A stretch of DNA of 64,000 nucleotides, from positions 41,850-105,849 of the IMG/VR virus record IMGVR_UViG_3300027796_000011. One strand, given 5' to 3'. The translations under genes and the position numbers were made by a program. Positions 56,408 to 64,000 of the stretch are shown here, piece by piece. The stretch is from a virus (lineage: Duplodnaviria > Heunggongvirae > Uroviricota > Caudoviricetes). Positions within the stretch are counted from its first letter, which is position 1. Every line of letters begins with the position of its first letter. Below the pieces are notes generated by a model. That model was not told where the DNA came from. It worked only from the letters and a program-made list of their open reading frames with translations, and searched no databases.

Positions 56408-59221
56408 CTAGCCACACGTTGTATAGCCGCAGGACAGGCAATGCCCACAACCATTCTCATATACATACGTTTTCTTACCACACTCTGTGCAGACCGCCCC
56501 CAACTCCTGTTCAATAATCTCCGCTTCTTCAGCATCCACTTCGGGCAGGTAAGTCCGAAGAATACGGGCAATCACCGCAGAGGCGTCCACCAGGGAATAA
56601 CTGCCCTTATCCAACTGCTTGATGACATACTCAAGCGGGATTCCGCTCCGCAGAAGAAGGCTCACCAAACGAGTGATCGTCTCCCACAGAGCATATTTCT
56701 CATTGAAGACGGCTTCGCTATACACACCGCCCCCGTTGATGCCAGCTTCGCGGGGCAGTTTCGCAAAGACTTCAACCGGGATGTCATCATCATCCAGGGA
56801 CACGATGATATACATCTTGGCACCCTTCCAAAGAACCCGGTGGCGTCTGGCCCGCTCCACTTCCAACAGATCACGGATCACCACGGACGGGAGGGCCAAC
56901 GTGTCTTCATCTTCATGCTTCTCAGTCTTCATGCTGGAAGAGGAGTCTTTAGAAATCAGAACACCGTCTTTGCACCCATCCCGAAAAACAGTGATGCCCT
57001 TCAAGCCCTTACCCCAGGCTTCGTAGTAGATATCTTCCATCTGCTCCGCAGTAGCCTCGCGGGGAAGGTTCGTCGTAGAACTGATAGATGCAGAGATATA
57101 CTTCTGAATAGCCGCCTGTACGGCAATACGGTCAGAAGGACTCACAGCATCCGCTTCAACATAACTCAGACTATCCCGCAACTCTTCCAGAGTCATGTTC
57201 TCGTACTTGGAAGGGTTGGACTCCACATGATCCAGAGCAGGGCCGTGGACACAATTAACCAGCGTATCAGAGAGGCGGGTGGCCCGCTGGTAGGAGAACT
57301 TGAAAATAGGCTCAATGCCAGAGGAACAATTCCCGGCCATGATACTGATGCTACCACAGGGGCCAACAGTGTTAAACCCAACATTCCGTAAACCATGTTG
57401 AACGATCTTTAACCTGAGTTCCGTATCCAAATAAAGATTCTTCACAAACAACGAATTGCAGAATCGAATACGTGCATCCGGGTCATTGAAAGCATCACAA
57501 CACCCAAAGTTATGAGCCAAGTCACACGAGGCATACAGTTGCTTAACTATCATCGCTTTTGTCAGTTGCGAACAAAAACGAAGAGAATCGTCACTACCAT
57601 ACTTAATGCCAAGCATTGCTAGTGCGTCGGCCAGCCCGGTGAACTCCAACCCAATACGTTTGCCAAACCTGTCAGCGTCCCGCTGTTCTTGAAGTGGGTG
57701 CTTGCTCATATTGATATCAGACATCGTATCCAGAAACAACGTAGCATCCCACACAGCGTCCTCAAAGCCTACCCAATCAAAACGGGCACTGTCCGTCCAA
57801 GGGTTAATCACAAACTTATGTAGAACCAGGGCGGCTAAAAGACAATTATTCCAATACCCTAGTGGCTGTTCGCCGCATTGCCCCGTGATAATACCAGTAG
57901 CCAACGCGATTTTATGTGTTGTAGGGATAGTACAGCAGTAGACAGTATGCTCTCCAGGTAGACACTCTATACTGCGGATGATCCCCCGATCACTATGCAC
58001 GCCTCTCGGATAACATGAGTCAAGAGCATCCCCAGGCTTCAGTTCTTTTGCCTGAAGTTTACTTCCGTCTTCCAAGTACATCGTATGGTACGGAGTCACA
58101 TCAATATAAGGGTCTTCCCGGAAGTGAATACGAAGAAGTTGCTGCCCCTCCCCCGTCACACGGAAGTTATTACATTGAACCCACGCGTTACCATCGAAAA
58201 CAGTGACTTCCTTCCCGACCAAATCCTTAATGGGGGTTGGACCGTTAGAGGTGGCAATCAACGTGTCACCACTGAAACAAGGATTAGTTCCCATAGGAAC
58301 CAACGACTCATGTACCGCAGAAGCAGGGTCTTCCTGCTGAACCCTGTCAATGAAGAGCATCCCCGGATCACCACATGACCAGTTCGCTTCGCAGATGTCT
58401 TTGAAAATTTCGCGGGCAGGAACCTTCCCAAAACTTTTGACCGGATAGCCATTCTTCAACCACGCATCATAGTTGCCATCCCACTCTTTGTTGTAGAGTT
58501 CTTTGTTGGCTTCAATGTCAGGGAAGATAAACTCCCACTCTTCATCGTTCTCATACGCATTCATGAAGTCATCTGTAACTTTGAGGCTGATGTTGGCCCC
58601 AGAGATATCAGGAACCCTACCCGTAAGGTTGTCCTTCCCGAAAACCCGCTCCGGGTTGGCCTTCGACCAAATGAAGTCCAAAGCATCTGGATGCCGGATG
58701 TCCAGGGACACAAGAAGTGCGCCGCGCCTCCCGTTCTGTCCGATGGTCTGTGTGACCTCAGAGAAGAGAGGCATGAAGGACACCGCACCAGAGGATGTCT
58801 TAGCAGCATTATCCACAGAAGAACTTTTAGGGCGCAAGATGGTGATATCCGTCCCGCAGCCCCCCCGCAGGGCGTAAGTGCGAGACATCTTCTTCTGTGC
58901 TTCAAAGATGCCTTCCAGGGAGTCTTCCTCGATCTTGATGAGGTAGCAGTTGGACAATGAGCAGCGGACTTCTGTGTTGCCAAGTCCGTAGAGAATAGAA
59001 CCAGCAGGGATGAACTTTCCATCCCGCAAAAGTTTAGCTATGGAGTCATCCTCTTCTGAGGAGTACTTGGAGACTTTGGTGAACTCCTGCACAACCCGCT
59101 CAATTACGTCGTCAAAAGACGATTCTCCTTGATGACAATACTTCTTCTGGGCGACCATACTGATGAAATCTTCCCGGTCTTTCAACCCGACTTCAATATC
59201 TTTCTTGGTAATGTGCGACAT
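56408..59221 (-). CDS. ribonucleotide reductase (probably class II, NrdJ-like) containing a mini-intein
   Basis: GTNP|C...|CGEQP: the active-site NPCGE is interrupted; C-terminal CTECG...CGHCLSC zinc ribbon; no glycyl-radical motif. Confidence 0.7.
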   Translation of the reverse strand: MSHITKKDIEVGLKDREDFISMVAQKKYCHQGESSFDDVIERVVQEFTKVSKYSSEEDDSIAKLLRDGKFIPAGSILYGLGNTEVRCSLSNCYLIKIEEDSLEGIFEAQKKMSRTYALRGGCGTDITILRPKSSSVDNAAKTSSGAVSFMPLFSEVTQTIGQNGRRGALLVSLDIRHPDALDFIWSKANPERVFGKDNLTGRVPDISGANISLKVTDDFMNAYENDEEWEFIFPDIEANKELYNKEWDGNYDAWLKNGYPVKSFGKVPAREIFKDICEANWSCGDPGMLFIDRVQQEDPASAVHESLVPMGTNPCFSGDTLIATSNGPTPIKDLVGKEVTVFDGNAWVQCNNFRVTGEGQQLLRIHFREDPYIDVTPYHTMYLEDGSKLQAKELKPGDALDSCYPRGVHSDRGIIRSIECLPGEHTVYCCTIPTTHKIALATGIITGQCGEQPLGYWNNCLLAALVLHKFVINPWTDSARFDWVGFEDAVWDATLFLDTMSDINMSKHPLQEQRDADRFGKRIGLEFTGLADALAMLGIKYGSDDSLRFCSQLTKAMIVKQLYASCDLAHNFGCCDAFNDPDARIRFCNSLFVKNLYLDTELRLKIVQHGLRNVGFNTVGPCGSISIMAGNCSSGIEPIFKFSYQRATRLSDTLVNCVHGPALDHVESNPSKYENMTLEELRDSLSYVEADAVSPSDRIAVQAAIQKYISASISSTTNLPREATAEQMEDIYYEAWGKGLKGITVFRDGCKDGVLISKDSSSSMKTEKHEDEDTLALPSVVIRDLLEVERARRHRVLWKGAKMYIIVSLDDDDIPVEVFAKLPREAGINGGGVYSEAVFNEKYALWETITRLVSLLLRSGIPLEYVIKQLDKGSYSLVDASAVIARILRTYLPEVDAEEAEIIEQELGAVCTECGKKTYVYENGCGHCLSCGYTTCG
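57878..58279 (-). other. mini-intein (134 aa) in the RNR, ending in Gln
   Basis: begins CFSGDTLIATSNG (block A), TPYHTMYLEDGSKLQAKELKPGDAL (block B), HTVYCCTIPTTHKIALATGIITGQ followed by the +1 Cys of NPCGE. Confidence 0.65.
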
Positions 59222-59327
59222 CCCGCCTCCGGGTAGATTTGTATTTTTGAAGTTGATTGCAGAAAAGTTTGGGAAGCCCCAACATCCATGTCAAGGCTTC
59301 CCTATTGCGGGGAGGGTGGGTAGCTAA

Positions 59328-59771
59328 CTAGGTGGTGGAAAACTTAAACCGGACACTAGGGCCAAGCATCCCGCGCAACCGCGAGATAAGCCCATGCTCA
59401 AACTCAGACACCGTAGACTTCCGAAGGGCTTCATACTGCTCCTTGGCACGCTGCTTCAGGCACCAATCACAGTTACACTCTGGGCCGTCATCGTCCTCTG
59501 CGTCTGCGTATCCCTCATCCACATCTTCCTCAAGAGACAGGTCTTCAGGGATATCATCCACCCCGGAATCGTGCTCGTAGAACTCAAAACCGTCAGTAAC
59601 GGTCTTGCCGTTTTCCTGCACAACCAGGAAATCGACAGAGCCAGAGCCGTCACGCTTCATGGTCAGCGTGAACTCTTCCAGTTCACCCTCACACATGTCA
59701 TCAAAAAAACACAGGGTGTTGTCGCAAAACTCCATCACTTCATCACGCTCTTCTTCACAAAACTGTTGCAC
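59328..59771 (-). CDS. highly acidic Cys-containing protein
   Basis: 147 aa, D/E-rich. Confidence 0.35.
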   Translation of the reverse strand: MQQFCEEERDEVMEFCDNTLCFFDDMCEGELEEFTLTMKRDGSGSVDFLVVQENGKTVTDGFEFYEHDSGVDDIPEDLSLEEDVDEGYADAEDDDGPECNCDWCLKQRAKEQYEALRKSTVSEFEHGLISRLRGMLGPSVRFKFSTT

Positions 59772-59797
59772 GTTGACCTCCCCGCTGTGGCGGGCTG

Positions 59798-60703
59798 TTA
59801 GAATGTCTGAGCAGCAGCTAGCTGCTCTTTATACCACTCTGGAAATCCTCTGGTAGCCACACGCAGTACATCCCTACCAAATATCTCCCAGAGTTTGTCC
59901 TTGATGTTGTCCTTCTCCTCTTCTGTGATGTCCGAAGTGATCTCCTTCAGAAGAGGGCCGATGTCCTGCGGAGTCTCTGTGAGCCTCCCATCTTCCCGCA
60001 AATGGTTTATAGCCTTATGCCAGCGGGCAGGAGTGCAGTACCCCTCAGACATAACTTCAAACTTACCCTTACCAGTGTTCTCTTTCTTCCAATTTGCGCC
60101 ATTCACCTCTTTGAACTTCTCAGACACAAATTTTCCACAAGTAACGGGGTACTCCTTGTCTTGGAAGTAATGCGTTTGAGCGTAGTTCTTAACAACAAAC
60201 CCCTCAATCATGCTACCACCAAGAAAGGACATCCTATTCAGCCACACAGAGAAATCCTCGCTGACGGAACAAGTCCCCGTGTAGATGAGGGGAGCTACGT
60301 CAATGCCTAACCGAGAAGCAATATCCTTCTTCTCCCCCCTGGTAACAAAGTTTTCCATTTTCAGATCATACACATCCCACAAGACCAGATTCCCTTTGGG
60401 GGTGTGATCGTAGGCCAACGTGTTGTGTTTCGGACGGCACAATGCCTCTGTGTAATAAATGTACCTGGATTCCAAAAGGCTCTCAACACTCAAAACATGT
60501 GCAATCGAAGGCTGAAATAACTTGTCAGCAGTACCCGCAAAAACTTCAGCACGCTTGCTACGGAAGTAGACCTCTGTGCTTGGCTTTGCGAACACAAAGC
60601 AAGAGCCGTCCACCTTCTCTTCCACGAAGACCTTTCCGTGAAACAACTTCCCAAGTCGCTTGTCTCCAATGGCGGCTATCTTTTGGAATCCAGGCAATTT
60701 CAT
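59798..60703 (-). CDS. ATP-dependent polynucleotide ligase (Rnl2-like RNA ligase or minimal DNA ligase)
   Basis: motif I EEKVDGSCF (KxDG), motif IV SMIEGFVVK, motif V CGKFVSEKFKE. Confidence 0.55.
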   Translation of the reverse strand: MKLPGFQKIAAIGDKRLGKLFHGKVFVEEKVDGSCFVFAKPSTEVYFRSKRAEVFAGTADKLFQPSIAHVLSVESLLESRYIYYTEALCRPKHNTLAYDHTPKGNLVLWDVYDLKMENFVTRGEKKDIASRLGIDVAPLIYTGTCSVSEDFSVWLNRMSFLGGSMIEGFVVKNYAQTHYFQDKEYPVTCGKFVSEKFKEVNGANWKKENTGKGKFEVMSEGYCTPARWHKAINHLREDGRLTETPQDIGPLLKEITSDITEEEKDNIKDKLWEIFGRDVLRVATRGFPEWYKEQLAAAQTF

Positions 60704-61100
60704 GCTACGCCCCCTTGGTAGCCGTAACAGACTTCCGCATGGTGGAACGGAAACTATCCTCCATGTTCCGCATGGAGAGGGTCCGAAGACAGATAGCCTG
60801 ATCCTTTGTCATCCCGCCCTCAACCTCAAACCGCTTGATGGCGTGCAACGTCTCATCCACACTGCAATCCGTGACATACCGAAGAGCCGCCCGAAAAATG
60901 GGGTCAACATCAGAAGCCAAAGTCTTGAGTGTTTGCACAAACGCCTTGAACTCCGGGTCATCCTTCAGAAACGGCAGCAGCCGCGCAAACTGAGCCAGTT
61001 CACTAATATCCAAGGTACTCCCTCCCAATTTTTTGAAGTTAATTTCAGGACTCCTGCCCCAACCGTCGAACGAGTATAATAAGTCGTTTCTCTAGGTTTG

Positions 61101-61994
61101 TCAAGAAGTTTTTTCAAAGTTTTTTTGACATTGCTCTTTCATAGGACAATTCCTACCCCGATACGTTGCGAAGGCTCCGTCCCGACACTCTGGGAGAGGG
61201 TCTGGAACATAGGTAGGGTCCACCACCCCGCGATTGAAGGACTCCAATGTGTCTTGGAGATACCCTACAACGTCAGGGTCTTTACGCACAGGGAACACCT
61301 TGACCGGGATACCCTTCTGGTGCCTCTTGCTGATGTAGGCAACAAAGCCCTTGTCAGGGTTGAACTGCACCGGAATCTGGGTATCTGCTTGCATCAGCAT
61401 CATGTAAGCATTGACCTGTATCGTGTGGTCCCCCTTCGGGGCGGTCATAGCCTCAAAGTCCTTCCCCGAACAGGTCTTGAAGTCCAAAATGCGAAGATCA
61501 CCTGGAGCCACTTCCACGAACCCGTCAATATGCCCCGTGACCCTGTAAGGGGTTTCCATCTTTAGGCTGTATTCAGAGTAGTTGATACACCTTACTGAGG
61601 AACCACAGCCAGAACACTCTTGAGAGGGACGCCGCCCGAAATACATAAAGCCGCAGTTAAGGCACTGCCACCAACCCAGGAAGTTCGTGGACAAATAGTC
61701 ACCAGAGTCTTGCAAGTACCTGTGAACAGCGTTACCAATGTCAAAGGTCATCTGCAATCCAGCCGGGGTGGCCCTCCCCCACATAACACCAGAGCGTAGT
61801 CCAAGAATCTTCTCACGAACACATACGTCATGCAGGGACGAACAACGTAAGAAGGACGAATACGGGAACTGCTCCCGCTTCGTAGTCATGTTGAACAGCG
61901 CGTGCGCCAAAAGTTGCGGGTCGGCTATGCCGTCCACTTCCGCACTCTTAACTGGTGCTGTCACATCTGAAGAGTAAGTCCTGATAAATCTCAT
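61101..61994 (-). CDS. Cas4/RecB-like PD-(D/E)xK nuclease with C-terminal Cys cluster
   Basis: GHIDGFVEV...LRILDFKTCS (D...D/ExK); C-terminal CRDGAFATYRGRNCPMKEQC Fe-S-like cluster; central Cys4 CLNCG...CSGCG. Confidence 0.5.
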   Translation of the reverse strand: MRFIRTYSSDVTAPVKSAEVDGIADPQLLAHALFNMTTKREQFPYSSFLRCSSLHDVCVREKILGLRSGVMWGRATPAGLQMTFDIGNAVHRYLQDSGDYLSTNFLGWWQCLNCGFMYFGRRPSQECSGCGSSVRCINYSEYSLKMETPYRVTGHIDGFVEVAPGDLRILDFKTCSGKDFEAMTAPKGDHTIQVNAYMMLMQADTQIPVQFNPDKGFVAYISKRHQKGIPVKVFPVRKDPDVVGYLQDTLESFNRGVVDPTYVPDPLPECRDGAFATYRGRNCPMKEQCQKNFEKTS

Positions 61995-62385
61995 CTTAAA
62001 AACCCCATACGTTGGCGTCTAAGAGCCACAATCTTTTCAAGCAGCGAGTCTAGCGTTTCAGTAGGCATATGCCATACGGTCTTACCCGTGGGCTTCACAT
62101 CCTGACCCCATCCCGCCATGTAATCCTGCCGCTTCATGCCAAGTTGCTCAATAACTTCCTGCACTACAGAATCTCTAGGTTCCTTCCACCCCAACCCATC
62201 TGTCAGGTAAATGAAGCCTTCGGCACAGTCACGTTGGAACCAAGCCCCCTCAACAATATCCCCAATAACCTCTGAGGCTGTGATGTCGTCATCCATCTGT
62301 TGAGTCCTCCCCAATTTTTTGAACTCAATTTCAGAGCGTATTATACACAATTTTCCAGATTTTGTCAAGAGAAATTATCGTGCTC

Positions 62386-62727
62386 CTACCTGTAGTGCGT
62401 GAACACCCAGAACCGCACATCCGGGGACTCTATCCCAAAGTGCTCAGTAATAAGGGCCTTCACCTTATTGCACTCAAGACGTGTTAAGTAGGGACTGATA
62501 GGCTCTAGTCCACCACACTCATCAGACCTGGATAGCACCCTCCCAATAAAGGTGTACTTCCCACACATGCCATCAAAAACAACCGTTAGTCCGTTGTGCG
62601 GAACTACTGGCTCAAAGGGATTATCCGTGTACGGCTCAACCACATCCCACATATCGTCGCCGCCTACCCCACCGTCACCTGGAAGTTTTACAGCATACAT
62701 GACGTAAGTGTTCTGTTGAACACTCAT
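62386..62727 (-). CDS. hypothetical protein
   Basis: AAGGAG RBS before MSVQQNTY. Confidence 0.35.
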   Translation of the reverse strand: MSVQQNTYVMYAVKLPGDGGVGGDDMWDVVEPYTDNPFEPVVPHNGLTVVFDGMCGKYTFIGRVLSRSDECGGLEPISPYLTRLECNKVKALITEHFGIESPDVRFWVFTHYR

Positions 62728-62953
62728 ACTGATCTCCTTTGTCAAGAAGTTTCTTCAATAAGCCCCTTGCGGGAAGCACACTCCGCACAATACACAGCAC
62801 CGCTACCTTCGGGGTCTGAATACCAATCCAAACTGAGCAAAAACTCCGGTATTGATATCCCAAAGTCACACAGATAACTGAGATCGTAATCGTCCTCAAT
62901 GCCGCAGTCATCACAAGCAACACACAACCTGCGAGAAATTCCCATAACACCCC

Positions 62954-63187
62954 CTACTTGTTGAAAAGAATCCACCCAGGAAGGAGCAGTATTGAAGCAC
63001 TCACCCAACCAACAAGAGTCGCCGCAAAAATCTTCACAAAGCCCCAACCAATGGTAAGCCCATCCATAGGGGTGGCTTGCACACCATCAACAATGCTCAC
63101 GATACCCCCGATGAAACAGACATACACTCCCATGTAAAGACCAAGAACAACACCACACAGCATCAAAAGTGAGCCTAACAGTTTCAT
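62954..63187 (-). CDS. two-TM membrane protein (holin-like)
   Basis: 77 aa, two hydrophobic helices. Confidence 0.35.
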   Translation of the reverse strand: MKLLGSLLMLCGVVLGLYMGVYVCFIGGIVSIVDGVQATPMDGLTIGWGFVKIFAATLVGWVSASILLLPGWILFNK

Positions 63188-63199
63188 GAAATCCCTCCC

Positions 63200-63694
63200 T
63201 CAAGATAAAAAATCGCCTGCTGACTTAGCAAACCAGTGACGGCACAGGTCGGGTAGGAGCAGCAGTCTATCCTCCCCGATCATGCTCAATGCCTTCTTGA
63301 ACTTACGCTTCCCGCCTCCCCGCCAGACACCCTTCACTTCCAGAAACAGTCCTGACTTCGGGAGGTAAAAATCCGCCGTGTACGAGTGAACTCCGTCTAT
63401 ATCCAACACTACCGATTCGTACTCGTACTCCCACCCCAAATCAAACTTCATTGTCTCTGCTACTATGCCTTCGTAGTTCGACCTGAACGCTTGGTTTAGT
63501 CTTGGGAACCAGATGTCACCAGGAGCCAGCCCGCTTGTAACCTTACTGCACTTGGTGGGAAGGCCCACATGGCGGGAAGTACGCACATACTCCACAAAGC
63601 AATTAAAAGAACAGAAAGCGGGACAGTCCACCTGGAGGTAGGATAAATCCTTTACGTTGAAACCTATCCCACCCCCACACACAGCACACAACAT
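63200..63694 (-). CDS. free-standing PD-(D/E)xK endonuclease related to the terminase-intein ORF
   Basis: DFYLPKSGLFLEVKG compares with IYIPDFETSFGLIEVKG; N-terminal CAVCGGG Cys cluster. Confidence 0.45.
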   Translation of the reverse strand: MLCAVCGGGIGFNVKDLSYLQVDCPAFCSFNCFVEYVRTSRHVGLPTKCSKVTSGLAPGDIWFPRLNQAFRSNYEGIVAETMKFDLGWEYEYESVVLDIDGVHSYTADFYLPKSGLFLEVKGVWRGGGKRKFKKALSMIGEDRLLLLPDLCRHWFAKSAGDFLS

Positions 63695-64000
63695 TATTCC
63701 CCCTCATCATCAAGTTTTTGAAACTGTTTGTATTGTCCTTCCCGCTTCATGCTATGGATGCAGCGCAGAGCGGCAGACGCTTCAGAGATGCGACCAGCAT
63801 ACACATAGGTCAGATGCTCAAAAACATCACACATCTCAGCGGAGTCTTCATCCCACACATCCTCAAAAGACATCCCAAGGTAGGCTAAGTCCCCCGTGCT
63901 GCCAAAGTTGAGTGCTGTTAAAAAGTTAGGATTTGCGGTATCCTCACATATACTGTGGTTGATGTCTTCAACCAATGCAATCAAGGCTTCTCTATCTTCT

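Noticed and set aside
62727-62745. TTGACA hexamer at 62740 as another promoter copy
   Set aside because: It is followed immediately by AAGGAG and an ATG, so it is part of the RBS and start region. The spacing to CATACT is only 11 nt.

Overview
This window reads as part of a large dsDNA tailed-phage genome of about 50% GC, with about 100 genes. Most genes run on the minus strand, at 1-9870 and 16480-64000. A plus-strand island lies at 10091-16173.

Annotation by module:
- **Head module (0-5.3 kb):** prohead-protease-like protein, acidic scaffold-like protein, two capsid-like genes (one of the HK97 family with a GGYL motif) separated by an HNH homing endonuclease, and small paralogous structural proteins.
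- **Cell-wall-active genes:** a 3D-domain peptidoglycan hydrolase and two SGNH/GDSL hydrolases.
- **Plus-strand island:** a PhoH-like ATPase, then a tandem array of about 8 diversified small paralogs. The paralogs share the architecture K-G-x-R-V-R-L-K ... YFG-x-V-T-V ... W-x-F-H-x-D-W ... C-terminal H-R-D-I-R-L-I-R-x-R. A GGQ-motif ArfB/RF-1-like peptidyl-tRNA hydrolase sits inside the array.
- **Noncoding region (15.7-16.5 kb):** direct repeats and a 19-bp perfect inverted repeat.
- **Low-GC block (16.5-20.3 kb):** small genes with distinct leader sequences.
- **Putative origin (19.9-20.5 kb):** an AT-rich tract plus six CATATGCT iterons.
- **Long small-gene region (20.5-39 kb):** each gene is preceded by a highly conserved sigma70-like promoter plus leader cassette, of the form TTGACA - 17 nt - CATACT - CAACAAATCGGGAGGG - ATG, at 25 or more sites in the window. 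Named genes in this region are the ArdA anti-restriction protein, an SPFH/band-7 lipoprotein with a small membrane partner, a metallophosphoesterase and a tRNA-like element.
- **Nucleotide-metabolism, replication-associated and packaging genes (39-64 kb):** ThyX, MazG, a large terminase, a putative small terminase, an AAA+ ATPase, RtcB RNA ligase, a RuvC-like resolvase, a Dcm C5-methyltransferase, Tmk, a phage sigma factor, a ribonucleotide reductase, a polynucleotide ligase and a Cas4-like PD-(D/E)xK nuclease.

The most unusual features are:
- The terminase gene carries an intein. The N- and C-terminal splicing blocks lie in the terminase frame and the central roughly 300 codons stay stop-free in that frame, but the +1 frame encodes a Ros/MucR-type C2H2 zinc finger fused to a PD-(D/E)xK endonuclease.
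- The ribonucleotide reductase has a mini-intein at the NPCGE active site that ends in Gln rather than Asn.
- An AT-rich palindrome, TTTTTGAAGTTAACTTCAAAAA, recurs more than 20 times in intergenic regions.
- The tRNA-like element (26038-26137, minus strand) has no canonical anticodon arm.
- Triple direct repeats of CTACGTTGCAAGTTGCCGGTCCC occur at two loci, 20573-20652 and 31490-31558.
- The phage carries an RNA-repair and ribosome-rescue toolkit: RtcB, a polynucleotide ligase, a pol-beta nucleotidyltransferase, phosphoesterases and the ArfB-like protein.

No integrase, repressor or CRISPR array was seen.
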